64,000 bases of DNA from Sphingomonadales bacterium (GTDB lineage: Bacteria > Pseudomonadota > Alphaproteobacteria > Sphingomonadales > Sphingomonadaceae), in the NCBI GenBank assembly GCA_004173185.1, contig SEFZ01000021.1, positions 10,892 through 74,891 of the forward strand, read 5' to 3'. The translations under genes were made by a program, and so were the position numbers. The notes under the pieces were generated by a model, which saw nothing but the letters and a program-made list of their open reading frames with translations, was not told the DNA's origin and searched no databases. Position 1 is the stretch's first letter; each line of letters opens with the position of its first letter. Below, piece by piece: positions 19,797 to 29,959 of this stretch.

Positions 19797-19861
19797 GGGC
19801 GCGCGTTAAGCTGCGTCCCGCGGGGTGGCAAGGGCGGCGGGCACTCCCCATTTGAAGAACC

Positions 19862-20851
19862 ATGACCGCATATTCATTGCTCGACCTCGTCCCCATCATT
19901 CAGGGCGGGACTGCCTCTCAGGCTTTCGCCAACGCCGCCGATCTCGCGCGGCACGCCGAGACGGAGGGCTTCAACCGCTATTGGGTCGCCGAGCATCATG
20001 GGATGGAGGGCATTGCCAGCGCCGCCACCGCAGTGGTGATCGGGCATGTCGGGGCTGCGACTTCCACGATCCGCGTGGGTGCGGGCGGGATCATGCTGCC
20101 CAACCATGCGCCGCTCCAGATCGCCGAGCAGTTCGGCACGCTCGATGCGCTCTTCCCCGGCCGCGTCGATCTCGGGCTGGGTCGGGCACCGGGTTCGGAC
20201 CAGAAAGTGGCGCAGGCGATCCGGCGCAATCTGGAGACCGATGCCAACGCATTCCCGCAGGACGTGATGGAGCTGCAGAGCTTCTTTGCCGATGATGGAC
20301 GGACCGGCATCCGCGCGACGCCGGGCGCAGGCGCGAAGGTGGATTTGTGGATCCTGGGATCGAGCCTGTTCGGTGCGCAACTCGCCGCGGCACTGGGCTT
20401 GCCTTATGCCTTTGCCTCGCACTTCGCGCCGGGATTGCTCGATGAGGCGATCGAAATGTATCGCCGCAACTTCCGGCCCTCGGCTGCGCTGGCGAAGCCG
20501 CATCTGATGCTCGGCTTCAACGTGTTCGCCGCCGATACCGACGAGGAGGCCGAACTGCTCGCCACCTCACAGCAACAGGCATTCGTCGCGATCCGCACCA
20601 CCGGGCGGGGCATCCAGATGCCGCCGCCAGTGCCGGGCTATCGCGAGAGCCTGGGCGCGCAGGGCGCGGCGGCGCTCGATCATGTGCTGTCGGCAAGTGC
20701 GATCGGCGGGCCGGACAAGGTGCGGCGTGAGATCGCCGCGTTTATCGAGCGCACCGGTGCGGACGAATTGATGATCGGCAGTGCGATGTTCGATCACGCC
20801 GCCCGCAAGCGGAGCCTGACGATTACCGCAACGGCGATGCGCGGGCTTTAG
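19862..20851 (+). CDS. LLM class flavin-dependent oxidoreductase (YhbW-like)
   Basis: [42 protein letters not shown]. Confidence 0.9.
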   Translation: MTAYSLLDLVPIIQGGTASQAFANAADLARHAETEGFNRYWVAEHHGMEGIASAATAVVIGHVGAATSTIRVGAGGIMLPNHAPLQIAEQFGTLDALFPGRVDLGLGRAPGSDQKVAQAIRRNLETDANAFPQDVMELQSFFADDGRTGIRATPGAGAKVDLWILGSSLFGAQLAAALGLPYAFASHFAPGLLDEAIEMYRRNFRPSAALAKPHLMLGFNVFAADTDEEAELLATSQQQAFVAIRTTGRGIQMPPPVPGYRESLGAQGAAALDHVLSASAIGGPDKVRREIAAFIERTGADELMIGSAMFDHAARKRSLTITATAMRGL

Positions 20852-21564
20852 GAGCGGACCCATTTCCCGCTGGCGTCCTGATTGACCAAAGTGAAGGACA
20901 CGGCGTCTACCACCGGGCTTTCCTGCCCCAGCCGGAAGAACCATGCGGTGTTCTGGCTCAGGCGCCAGAAGGTCTGGGCGCCCTGATCGAGGCCGAATTC
21001 GCCGCAGGCCGAGCGGATGCCGTCGGCGTCCGAGGGTTGGGGCACTTCATCGACGACGAGCGCGTCGGCGGGCCAGCCTTCCATCGCAGCCGGGCGGACC
21101 TGACAGCGCGCGGCTTCGGCCGCCTCGTCGGTACGGTGCCGTGCTTCGGCGAGGATCGCATCCTTGCCGCCGGTGCCGTCGAGCATCTGGGCGATGGTCT
21201 CCCTTTCCACCTCGGCACCATAGGGCGATGCGACGAGATCGAAGCTGGCCATCCGTGCGCCCGGGACGAAATCGAGCTTTGCGGTGCCGGCTGCGCATTT
21301 TGCTGCGCGATAGAGGAGTGCGCCGCCGGGAGTCTTGGCTTCGGCAACTACCCAGGTGCAATCGTCAGGCGCGGTGCCTGGCGATCCGAGCAGCAGCGCG
21401 GCAGCTTGCGGCTCACACAATCCGGTGACGGGCAGAGTCGCGCTTCCGGGCGCGCAGGCAGGCGCGGCAGCGCTGACATTGGCGGGGGTATTGCTTTCGG
21501 CGGGCTTGCCGTTGCAGCCGGTGGTTGCGGCGGCGGCGAGCAGCAACAGGATCGCGCGGTTCAT
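20848..21564 (-). CDS. Hypothetical lipoprotein
   Basis: Lipoprotein-like signal [16 protein letters not shown]|C; AGGGGG RBS; six further Cys. Confidence 0.75.
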   Translation of the reverse strand: MNRAILLLLAAAATTGCNGKPAESNTPANVSAAAPACAPGSATLPVTGLCEPQAAALLLGSPGTAPDDCTWVVAEAKTPGGALLYRAAKCAAGTAKLDFVPGARMASFDLVASPYGAEVERETIAQMLDGTGGKDAILAEARHRTDEAAEAARCQVRPAAMEGWPADALVVDEVPQPSDADGIRSACGEFGLDQGAQTFWRLSQNTAWFFRLGQESPVVDAVSFTLVNQDASGKWVRS

Positions 21565-21629
21565 GAAATTCCCCCTCTAGTCGGCTGAAGCAGAGCAGCT
21601 TTCCGGGGAACGCACAATCGGCGATCTCG

Positions 21630-23045
21630 TCAGCCCGCGGCGGGCAATCTCAGCCGCACGAGCAACCCGCCCAGGTCTTCGCTTTCCTCAAGGCTGACGG
21701 TGCCGTCATAGATTTCCGCCACATCGCGGACGATGGCGAGGCCGAGGCCGGTGCCCGGCTTGCCGCTGTCGAGGCGCACGCCGCGATCGAAGATGCGGAT
21801 GCGGTCGGCCTCGGGGATGCCGTTGCCGTCATCCTCGACCAGGATCTCGACGAACCCGGCCTGCACGTTGGCGGTGATGAACACGCTGCCGCCGCCATAT
21901 TTGGCGGCATTCTCGACAAGGTTGCCGAGCAGATCGTCCAGATCCTGCCGCTCGATATGCGCGACGAGATTCTTGTCGCCGTCGATATCGATACGAACAT
22001 TCGGATACAGGCGCGCGACGGCGCGCTCGACTGCTTCTACTGATGGCCAGACCTGCGCGCGGCTGTGCGCGCTGCCGCGACGGCCGACGGCGCGGGCGCG
22101 GGCGAGGTGGTGATCGATCTGGCGGCGCATCGTGCGGGCTTCGCGGATAACTGCTTCGGGCAAATCGGGCTGGGCGGCGGCAGCGGCGTTCATGATCACG
22201 CTGAGCGGGGTCTTGAGCGCATGGGCAAGATTGCCGGCGTGGCGGCGCGCTTCCTCGGCCTGGCGGTCATTATGCTCGACCAAGGCGTTCAGTTCCTCGA
22301 CCATCGGCGCGACTTCGGCGGGCATCGCCTTTTCGATTCGCGCCGACTGCCCCGCGCGCAATCGAGCGATTTCGGATCGAACGCGGCGCAGCGGCAACAA
22401 ACCATACCAGGTCTGCAGCCCGACCATGATCATCAGCCCGAGCCCGAGCAGCAGGAAGCTGCGAACCAACGTGGTGCGCAACGTGGTGATCTGGGCGTCG
22501 AGGGTTTCGCGGCTCTGCGCCACCTGAAAGCGCCAGCGCACTGTCGAGCCCGGCAGCATCGCATCCCGCTCGGCGATGCGCAGCGTCTGGGGCGCGAATT
22601 CGGTGCTTTGATAGACATGCACGTCATTATCGCTGTGCGACTCGTTGACCTTCAGTCGCTGATCCCACAGCGAGCGCGACGGGAAGGTCTCGAAGCCCTT
22701 GCCGCTGATCTGCCAATAGGCGCCCGAATTATATTCGAGGAAGCGCTGATCGGCGAGTTCGCGGTTGAGGATGACTTCGCCGTTCGGGCCAAGCTCGGCC
22801 GAAAAGATCATCGCCTTGAGCAGATAGTCGAGCTGATCGTCGAAATTGCGGGTTACCGTGCTGACCAGCACGCGATCGAGCGCATAGCCGCCGCCGACGA
22901 GGAGCAGCATGATCCACGCCATCGCGACGAGCAGCATCCGACGGCTGACCGAGCCGGTGGCGCGGACATAGCTGCGCGGGCGCGGCTCGTTCGGATCGAC
23001 GGCGGGCTCGGCTTCGTCAACCGGTTCCTGGTGGCCGGCGTGCAC
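21630..23045 (-). CDS. feuQ: Sensor histidine kinase, FeuQ/PhoQ-like
   Basis: Two TMs, periplasmic SRSLWD, H-box LAHALKTPL, N-box NLVENAAKY, G-boxes DDGNGI and GTGLGL. Start codon uncertain. Confidence 0.85.
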   Translation of the reverse strand: MHAGHQEPVDEAEPAVDPNEPRPRSYVRATGSVSRRMLLVAMAWIMLLLVGGGYALDRVLVSTVTRNFDDQLDYLLKAMIFSAELGPNGEVILNRELADQRFLEYNSGAYWQISGKGFETFPSRSLWDQRLKVNESHSDNDVHVYQSTEFAPQTLRIAERDAMLPGSTVRWRFQVAQSRETLDAQITTLRTTLVRSFLLLGLGLMIMVGLQTWYGLLPLRRVRSEIARLRAGQSARIEKAMPAEVAPMVEELNALVEHNDRQAEEARRHAGNLAHALKTPLSVIMNAAAAAQPDLPEAVIREARTMRRQIDHHLARARAVGRRGSAHSRAQVWPSVEAVERAVARLYPNVRIDIDGDKNLVAHIERQDLDDLLGNLVENAAKYGGGSVFITANVQAGFVEILVEDDGNGIPEADRIRIFDRGVRLDSGKPGTGLGLAIVRDVAEIYDGTVSLEESEDLGGLLVRLRLPAAG

Positions 23046-23049
23046 CGGC

Positions 23050-23712
23050 TTAGGAAGGTTCGTCCAGGCTGTAGCCAAGACCGCGGATGGTGGTGATGAT
23101 CTCGGCACCCAGCTTCTTGCGGATGCGGGTGACGAACACTTCGATGGTGTTCGAATCGCGATCGAAATCCTGATCGTAGATATGGTCGATCAGCTCGGTA
23201 CGGCTGACCACCTTGCCCTTGTGATGGAGCAGATAGCTGAGCAGCTTATATTCCTGCGCAGTAAGCTTCACCGGCTCGCCGGCCTTGGTGACCTTGCCCG
23301 AGCGCGTGTCGAGGCGGATGTCGCCCGCGATGAGCTCGGCCGAGGCATTGCCCGAGGAGCGGCGAATCAATGCGCGCAGGCGGGCGATCAGCTCTTCGGT
23401 CTGGAAGGGCTTGGCCACATAATCGTCGGCACCGGCATCGAGGCCCGCCACCTTGTCGGACCAGCTGTCCCGCGCGGTGAGCACCAGCACGGGCGTTGCC
23501 TTGCCTTCCTTGCGCCAGCGATCGAGCACGGTCAGCCCGTCGATTTCGGGCAGGCCGAGATCGAGGATGATCGCGTCATATTGCTCGTTAGAGCCGAGAT
23601 AGAGGCCTTCCTCGCCATCGGTGGCGAGATCGACGGCATAGCCGGCACCCTCAAGCGCATTCTTGAGCTGCTGGCCGAGATTCGGCTCATCCTCGACGAT
23701 CAATAGTCGCAT
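23050..23712 (-). CDS. feuP: OmpR-family response regulator, FeuP-like
   Basis: Receiver motifs VEDE, LDLGLP, ADDYVAKPF; wHTH HIYDQDFDRDSNTIEVFV. Confidence 0.88.
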   Translation of the reverse strand: MRLLIVEDEPNLGQQLKNALEGAGYAVDLATDGEEGLYLGSNEQYDAIILDLGLPEIDGLTVLDRWRKEGKATPVLVLTARDSWSDKVAGLDAGADDYVAKPFQTEELIARLRALIRRSSGNASAELIAGDIRLDTRSGKVTKAGEPVKLTAQEYKLLSYLLHHKGKVVSRTELIDHIYDQDFDRDSNTIEVFVTRIRKKLGAEIITTIRGLGYSLDEPS

Positions 23713-23732
23713 TGCTTATCCTCTCAGCGCGC

Positions 23733-24062
23733 TCAGTTGCCGGTGATTCTGACGGTGTCGCCGCTATTGCCGTCGACATACACCCAGATCACCGATCCAT
23801 TGCGCAGGAATTTGAGCGTGTAAATGTTGGTCGACGGATCGTAGTCGAATCCGAGATATTGGGCGCCGGGATATTTCGGGGTCACCTTGCGCTCGATTTC
23901 GCGCACCGAGACCCCGGACGCCTGGCTGCGGCGCTTCATGCCGTCCTGCGAATGGTCGCGCGTCGCCACTTTCGGCCCGCCCAGCGGCTGCGCGAATCCG
24001 GTCGCGGGCAGCATTACTGCCGCCATACACGCGCATATAACCGGTTTCGCCAGCATCCTCAT
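23733..24062 (-). CDS. Small exported PepSY-like protein in the FeuN position
   Basis: Signal peptide ending GFA|Q; PepSY-like tail YTLKFLRNGSVIWVYVDGNSG; first gene of the RR-HK operon. Confidence 0.75.
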   Translation of the reverse strand: MRMLAKPVICACMAAVMLPATGFAQPLGGPKVATRDHSQDGMKRRSQASGVSVREIERKVTPKYPGAQYLGFDYDPSTNIYTLKFLRNGSVIWVYVDGNSGDTVRITGN

Positions 24063-24085
24063 GCGTCTGCCATGGGGTTCGCGCA

Positions 24086-24113
24086 TTGAATAGCCCCTGA
24101 ACAGCCGTGTCAG
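24086..24113 (-). promoter_or_regulatory. Three half-sites at 11-bp period (putative autoregulatory response-regulator box)
   Basis: Minus strand CTGACA-N5-GTTCAG-N5-ATTCAA. Confidence 0.55.
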
Positions 24114-24162
24114 GCCCGTGTTAGGTTGCGATGCGCCACGCCGCCGCCTAGGTGCCTCCCCC

Positions 24163-25938
24163 ATGGCTGCACCTGTACTCGCTTATGAAGGCCTTGGCCT
24201 CGTCCAAGGACATGGCTGGCTTTTTCGTGGGCTCGATCTTTATATCGGCGCGCGCGATCGGCTGGCGCTAATCGGGCGGAACGGCGCGGGCAAGTCTACC
24301 TTGCTGCGCCTGATCGCCGGACGGATCGATTCGGACGAGGGCCGCCGCGTGATCGTGCCGGGCACCAATGTGGTGATTCTGGAGCAGGACCCGCAGGTCG
24401 AAGGTTATGCGACCTTGCTCGATTTCACGCTTGGCGGCGAGAATGCGCCCGAGCGGTATGAGGTCGAAGCGATTGCCGGACAGTTGGGCGTGGATCTGAG
24501 CCGCGAGGCGGCGACGGCTTCGGGTGGCGAGCGGCGGCGCGCGGCAATTGCTCGGGCGCTGGCGCAAAATCCCGACGTGCTGCTGATGGACGAGCCGACC
24601 AACCATCTCGACATCGCCGCGATCGACTGGCTGGAAAGCTGGCTGAGCCGCTTTAACGGCGCGTTCGTCGCGATCAGCCATGACCGCACTTTCCTGACCC
24701 GGCTGACCAGACAGACTTTGTGGCTCGATCGCGGTGCGATCCGGCGCGCGGAAGTCGGCTTTGGCGGTTTCGATGCGTGGACCGAGCAGGTCTATGCCGA
24801 GGAAGAGCGCAACGCCCAAAAGCTCGATGCCAAATTGAAGATCGAGGAGCATTGGCTGCTTCGCGGCGTGACCGGGCGGCGGCGGCGCAACCAGGGGCGG
24901 CTGACCAAGCTCCACGAGATGCGGGCCGAGCGGGCATCGATGATCGGCCCGGCGGGCGCGGCCAAGATCGCGATCGGATCGGATGGCGCGCAGACCAAGG
25001 TCGTGATCGACGTGAAGGGCGTGACCAAGCGCTTTGGCGAGCGCACGATCATCAAGGATCTGACGCTGCGGGTTACCAAGGGCGACCGCATCGGCATCGT
25101 CGGCGCGAACGGCGCCGGCAAGACGACGTTGCTCCGCTTGCTTACCGGCGAACTGGCGCCCGACGAAGGATCGATCCGGCTCGCCAAGACGCTCGACAAG
25201 GTCTTCATCGATCAGCAGCGCAGCCTGATGGACCCGGAGAAGAGCGTTCGCGACGTGCTGACACAGGGCGGCGAATGGATCGACGTGCTCGGCATCCGCA
25301 AGCACATCCATGGATATCTCAAGGAGTTCCTGTTCGAGCCTTCGCTGGCTGACGCCAAGATCGGCACGCTATCGGGCGGCGAGCGCTCGCGACTGTTGCT
25401 TGCGCGCGAATTTGCGCGGCCGTCGAACCTGCTGGTGCTCGACGAGCCGACCAACGATCTCGATCTGGAGACGCTAGATCTGCTCCAGGAAGTCATCGCC
25501 GATTATGAAGGCACCGTGCTGATCGTCAGCCATGATCGCGACTTTCTCGATCGCACCGTGACGGTAACGCTGGGGCTGGATGGCTCGGGCACGGTCGATG
25601 TAGTCGCGGGCGGCTATATGGATTGGGAAGCCCGGCGGAAGCCCAAGGCCGAAGCCAAAAAGTCAGTGGCCAAGGCTGCCGCTTCGGACGCGCCCAAGGC
25701 GCGGACCAAGCTGACCTACAAAGACCAGCGCGACTATGAATTGCTGCCCAAGCGCGTCGAGGAGATCGAGGCGCAGATCGCCAGGGATGAAGCGGCGTTG
25801 GCGGATCCCGCTTTGTATACGCGCGATCCGGCGAAGTTCACCGCGCTGACCGCGGGTATCGAGAAGCTGCGTGACGAGAAGGACGCAGCCGAGATGCGCT
25901 GGCTTGAACTGGCCGAGATGGTTGAAGCGCTGGGCTGA
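24163..25938 (+). CDS. uup: ABC-F family ATPase, Uup-like
   Basis: Two NBDs (GRNGAGKS, SGGE, DEPTNHLD; GANGAGKT, DEPTNDLD), linker WLLRGVTGRRRRNQGR, C-terminal coiled coil ending RWLEL. Confidence 0.88.
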   Translation: MAAPVLAYEGLGLVQGHGWLFRGLDLYIGARDRLALIGRNGAGKSTLLRLIAGRIDSDEGRRVIVPGTNVVILEQDPQVEGYATLLDFTLGGENAPERYEVEAIAGQLGVDLSREAATASGGERRRAAIARALAQNPDVLLMDEPTNHLDIAAIDWLESWLSRFNGAFVAISHDRTFLTRLTRQTLWLDRGAIRRAEVGFGGFDAWTEQVYAEEERNAQKLDAKLKIEEHWLLRGVTGRRRRNQGRLTKLHEMRAERASMIGPAGAAKIAIGSDGAQTKVVIDVKGVTKRFGERTIIKDLTLRVTKGDRIGIVGANGAGKTTLLRLLTGELAPDEGSIRLAKTLDKVFIDQQRSLMDPEKSVRDVLTQGGEWIDVLGIRKHIHGYLKEFLFEPSLADAKIGTLSGGERSRLLLAREFARPSNLLVLDEPTNDLDLETLDLLQEVIADYEGTVLIVSHDRDFLDRTVTVTLGLDGSGTVDVVAGGYMDWEARRKPKAEAKKSVAKAAASDAPKARTKLTYKDQRDYELLPKRVEEIEAQIARDEAALADPALYTRDPAKFTALTAGIEKLRDEKDAAEMRWLELAEMVEALG

Positions 25939-25950
25939 CGGATAGAAGAA

Positions 25951-26967
25951 TCAGGCTGCCAGCTCGACGATAACCGTTGTGCCCTCGGGCGAACTGTCGA
26001 TCGTGATCGTCCCATGTGCCTGCCGGGCAAATGCGTCGATCAGGCGCGTTCCCATCCCGCCCTGCCGGCCCTTGCTGAGGGTCTCGGTTGACATGCCCGT
26101 GCCATTGTCGCTGACCGTCAGCCGCCAGCCGGTTTCGGCCTTTTCGAAGCGCGCATGGATGCAGCCGGCATCGCGGTCGCGAAAGGCATGTTTCACGGCA
26201 TTGGTCACGAGTTCGTTGACGATCAGGCCGATCGAGACGGCGCGATCGCGCGGAATGGCGGCATGATCCGAATGGCAATCGAGCGTGATCGCGCCGCGCA
26301 GGAACAAGGCCTCGGACAGCGCCGAGCAGAGTTCGTGGAGGTAGGATGCGATATCGACCGTGCCGGCGGATGCGCCGCTGCCGCGATAGAGGTGGCGATG
26401 GGCGCGGGCGATGCTTTCGACGCGCGAAAGTGCTGCGCCAAGCGCCTGGGCAGTCTCACCTTCACCGGCCCGGCGACGCTGCATGTCGAGCAGGCTCGCC
26501 ACCAACGTGAAGTTGTTCTTCACCCGGTGATCAAACTCTTCGAGGAACAGATCGCGCTCGGCGACTTCGCGGTCGCGCTCGGCAGCGGCGCGGCGCACTG
26601 CGCGTCGGAACATCTCGGCGAGCATGACGGTGATGATCGCACCGATCGCCACCGATGCCATGCTCACCGCGCCCGCAGAGCTTTCGAAGTGGAACGAGTT
26701 TCGAATCGGAAAGTGATAATACCAGCCATAGACGACTGAGACCGTGGCGGCCGTTGCACCTGCCTGCCAGCGCGCGAACAGCGTCGCAACCATGATCGCG
26801 GGGAAGATCAGCGGGAATGCCGCGGCACCCGGAACCAGGGCATCCATGCCGAACCGGGCGATCGCAGCACCTGCAGTCGCGAGCAGGCCGACGCCGATTG
26901 ACGTCACCAATCGCGGGACGCCGGGCGCGAGACGGTCCGGCAGGTCGAGTTCGGCTATTTGCCCCAT
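25951..26967 (-). CDS. HisKA_2/HWE-type sensor histidine kinase with N-terminal membrane domain
   Basis: About four TMs; EFDHRVKNN H-box, NELVTNAVKH, DNGTG, GMGTRLI. Confidence 0.88.
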   Translation of the reverse strand: MGQIAELDLPDRLAPGVPRLVTSIGVGLLATAGAAIARFGMDALVPGAAAFPLIFPAIMVATLFARWQAGATAATVSVVYGWYYHFPIRNSFHFESSAGAVSMASVAIGAIITVMLAEMFRRAVRRAAAERDREVAERDLFLEEFDHRVKNNFTLVASLLDMQRRRAGEGETAQALGAALSRVESIARAHRHLYRGSGASAGTVDIASYLHELCSALSEALFLRGAITLDCHSDHAAIPRDRAVSIGLIVNELVTNAVKHAFRDRDAGCIHARFEKAETGWRLTVSDNGTGMSTETLSKGRQGGMGTRLIDAFARQAHGTITIDSSPEGTTVIVELAA

Positions 26968-27023
26968 ATAGGGCAAGTGAGGCCCGACCGCGCATCGCAA
27001 GTCAAGATAATGCGCGGTTAGGC

Positions 27024-27037
27024 TTGATCGCGATCAA
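27024..27037. promoter_or_regulatory. Consensus Fnr/FixK box within a perfect 20-bp palindrome (27021-27040)
   Basis: GGC-TTGAT-CGCG-ATCAA-GCC. Confidence 0.6.
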
Positions 27038-27041
27038 GCCA

Positions 27042-27851
27042 TTAAAGCATTTTGCCCGATCGACCTGCGAGATCAACGACATATTGCCATGCGACCCGCC
27101 CCGAACGGCTGCCGCGACGGGTTGCCCAGTTGATCGCTTCCTGCGCGTCGAAGGCGAGGCCGTGCGCCTGCGTGTAGCTTCGCACGATCTCGACATACGT
27201 GTCCTGATCGACGACGTGGAAGCCCAGGCTGAGCCCGAAGCGATCGGCGAGTGCGAGGCTGTCATCCACGCTGTCGCGCGGATTGATCGCGCTGGATTGC
27301 TCGGCGAGATCGCGCGGGATCAGATGGCGGCGGTTTGACGTGACGATCAGCCGGGCATTGGCGGGTCGCGCCTCTGCGCCGCCTTCGAGCAGCGAGCGGA
27401 GCGCGCGGGCGTCGCCTGCGGCATCGAAGCCGAGATCGTCGAGGAAGATCGCGAACGGACGCCCGGAAGCGGCGAGCGATGCGAAGAGCTGGGGCAGGGT
27501 TTCGAGATGCTGGGTGGCAGCTTCGACCAGTGCGAGATCGGCGCCTTCGGACTGGACCCGCGCGACGGCGCTTTTGACGAGCGCCGATTTGCCGGTGCCG
27601 CGTGCCCCCCAGAGCAACACGTCCTGTGCGGCATGGCCGGCGGCGAGGCGCTGGAGATTGGCGAGCAACGCGTCACGCTGGGCATCGACGCCGCGCAGCA
27701 CTTCGAGCGGAAGCGGCGCGAAGGCGCGGGCGGGCGCGATGCCGTCGCCGCGCCAGATATAGGCCGGGTGCGCGCGAAGATCGGCGGGCGGGGCCGGGGG
27801 CGGGGACAGCCGTTCGAGTGCGTCGGCGATGCGGGCGAGAGGATCGGTCAC
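27042..27851 (-). CDS. AAA+ ATPase, DUF815 family
   Basis: LLWGARGTGKS, FLDDLGF, TSNRRHL, LADRFGL, SRSGRVAWQY. GTG start inferred. Confidence 0.9.
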   Translation of the reverse strand: MTDPLARIADALERLSPPPAPPADLRAHPAYIWRGDGIAPARAFAPLPLEVLRGVDAQRDALLANLQRLAAGHAAQDVLLWGARGTGKSALVKSAVARVQSEGADLALVEAATQHLETLPQLFASLAASGRPFAIFLDDLGFDAAGDARALRSLLEGGAEARPANARLIVTSNRRHLIPRDLAEQSSAINPRDSVDDSLALADRFGLSLGFHVVDQDTYVEIVRSYTQAHGLAFDAQEAINWATRRGSRSGRVAWQYVVDLAGRSGKML

Positions 27852-27883
27852 GGCATGCGCTATAGCGCGCGCGGCCTCGAAGC

Positions 27884-29959
27884 TCACCCCAGTTTGGCTA
27901 TCAGTGCCTGTGCGGCGGCCTTTTCGGCGAAGCTGGGGTCGGCGAGCGCGGCTCGGGCGTGGAGCTTGGCTTCGGCCTTGCGGTTTGCCGCCGCATAGGC
28001 TTGCGCGAGGTGCCATTGCAGCCCGGCGTGGCGCGGGGCGATGGCGACGGCCTTTTGCAGCAATTCGATTGCGCCAGCCGTGTCGCCGCCGCGGAACATT
28101 GCCCATCCATAAGCATCTGCAACTGCGGGGTTCGAGGGCGCGAGGCCGTACGCTGCTTCGCCGAATTCCAATGCGGTGCTAAACTCTTCGGCGCCGGTGT
28201 AGGCAGAGGCCAGCTCGGCATTGAGCGCAGCATCACCGTCGCCGATACGCGCGCGCAGATCTTCGAGGCTGTCGATCGCGGCGTCATATTCGCCCGCCAG
28301 CAATTGCCAGTGTGCGGAGAGGCGCAACGCGGGAAGGTTCACCGGGTTTTGCGCGAGGAACAATGCCAGCGTGTTGGCGGCATCGGCGCGGCGACCGGCG
28401 GCATCGAACGCTTCGACCAGACGCAGCATCGTCGGTTCGTCAAAGCGCAGATCGCCGGCTCGGCTGTAAGCAGCGGCGGCATCGGCGGGTCGGCCGAGGA
28501 GCATCATCATGTCGCCGAGCAGGATGTGCGCGGCGGGCGCACCTTGATTCTTCGAGGCGATTTCCTGCGCCTTGGCGAGCGCGCCTGATTTGTTGCCATC
28601 GCTCAGTAGTGCGCGGATCAACGGGATCATCGCACCCGGATCGCCGGGGCGCTGGGCGGCATCTGCGGCGAGGACCGGGGTGGAATCGTCGGCGGTGAAC
28701 GCGCCCGCATCGCCGGTTGCGGGATAGGCCGCGCGATCAAGGAAGCGGGCGGCTTCTCCGCGCTCGCCGATCCGCTCAAAGCCGCGCCCAACCAAAGTCA
28801 GTGCATAGCTGTCGGCATCCGGACGTGCGACCACGGGGCGCAGCGCATCGATGGCATTGCGCGCGCTGTCCGTGCGCAGAAGCGCTACGGCGAGGAGTTT
28901 GCGCGCGGTGATATTCATTGGCTGGCGGGCGACAAGCTCGCGCAGCTTGGCGAGCGCTTGCTCATACTCGCCGTTCTGGATGCCGAGCGTTCCCGATAAT
29001 AGCAGCATGCCGGGCATAGCGTCGATCGCGCCGCCGGTCTTGGCCAGGATCGTGCGGGCGAGATCGAACTTGCCTGCGCGCGCGGCGATCACTGCCTGAA
29101 GATAGAAGGCTTGCGGGCTGCCCGGGCGCGATTCGAGTGCGCGGCGCGTGGCCGCGAGGGCGTCGACGGTGCGACCGCTATCGCCGAGCGTAGCGGCATA
29201 TTCGATCAGCGCGTCGTGATGATATTGGTCGCGCTCAAGCGCGCGCTCGAACCAGGGCAGCGCCGCGACGAGGCCGTATTGGCTGCGAACAAGTTCGCCG
29301 CGCAACACCAATGCCTCGACATTGCCGGGGGCGAGGGTGGCAGCTTTCTCGGACGCCTGGGCAGCGCCGAGCAGATCGCCCGCGGTGAAGCGGAAGCGGC
29401 CGATATCGGTCCAGACCTCGGCATCGTTCGGGGCAAGGCGCGCGGCTTCGTCGAGCGCTTCCATCGCAGCGGCGAAATTGCCGAGCGCCGTGAAGGCGCG
29501 GCCGCGGATGCGCAGGCCATAGACGCGGAATTTGGGATCGGTCTTGTCGGTCTCGGCGAGCGCCTTTTCTTCTTCGCCCTGCAGCAACAATGCATGCGCG
29601 CGCAGATGCGGCGCGAATTTCGGATCATAGCCGGCATCGACCGCGCGCTGGATCTCGGCTTCGGCTCCAATGCCGTCGTCGAGCGCGAGCATCGCCTGGG
29701 CGAGCGCGATATGCGCGTCGGTGTTGTTCGGATCGAGCCGCACTGCGTTGAGCGCCTGCACCTTCGCGCCATTGGCATTGTCCGCCTTGTACAAGGCAAG
29801 GCTGCGCTGGACCGCGTCGCGCGCGGCGGCGGGATCCTGCCGCGTCGGGGCGAGGGTAAACCAGCCGACCACCGCCGCGACAAAGGCGGCAAACGCGAGG
29901 CCGATCACGGCGACGCGGCGGAGCGAAGGCGCGCGGGGGCGTTTATGGCTGGAGGTCAT
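27884..29959 (-). CDS. prsT: TPR repeat protein of the PEP-CTERM system (PrsT-like)
   Basis: N-terminal TM, many TPR-like repeats, ADAYGW; directly follows prsR. Confidence 0.78.
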   Translation of the reverse strand: MTSSHKRPRAPSLRRVAVIGLAFAAFVAAVVGWFTLAPTRQDPAAARDAVQRSLALYKADNANGAKVQALNAVRLDPNNTDAHIALAQAMLALDDGIGAEAEIQRAVDAGYDPKFAPHLRAHALLLQGEEEKALAETDKTDPKFRVYGLRIRGRAFTALGNFAAAMEALDEAARLAPNDAEVWTDIGRFRFTAGDLLGAAQASEKAATLAPGNVEALVLRGELVRSQYGLVAALPWFERALERDQYHHDALIEYAATLGDSGRTVDALAATRRALESRPGSPQAFYLQAVIAARAGKFDLARTILAKTGGAIDAMPGMLLLSGTLGIQNGEYEQALAKLRELVARQPMNITARKLLAVALLRTDSARNAIDALRPVVARPDADSYALTLVGRGFERIGERGEAARFLDRAAYPATGDAGAFTADDSTPVLAADAAQRPGDPGAMIPLIRALLSDGNKSGALAKAQEIASKNQGAPAAHILLGDMMMLLGRPADAAAAYSRAGDLRFDEPTMLRLVEAFDAAGRRADAANTLALFLAQNPVNLPALRLSAHWQLLAGEYDAAIDSLEDLRARIGDGDAALNAELASAYTGAEEFSTALEFGEAAYGLAPSNPAVADAYGWAMFRGGDTAGAIELLQKAVAIAPRHAGLQWHLAQAYAAANRKAEAKLHARAALADPSFAEKAAAQALIAKLG

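Noticed and set aside
27852-28106. Arg-rich N-terminal extension of the DUF815 ORF
   Set aside because: Out-of-frame overlap with the TPR gene; GTG 27851 is the better start.
27884-29959. Repetitive protein sequence suggesting a repeat array
   Set aside because: TPR protein repeats; there are no DNA-level direct repeats with spacers, so not CRISPR.
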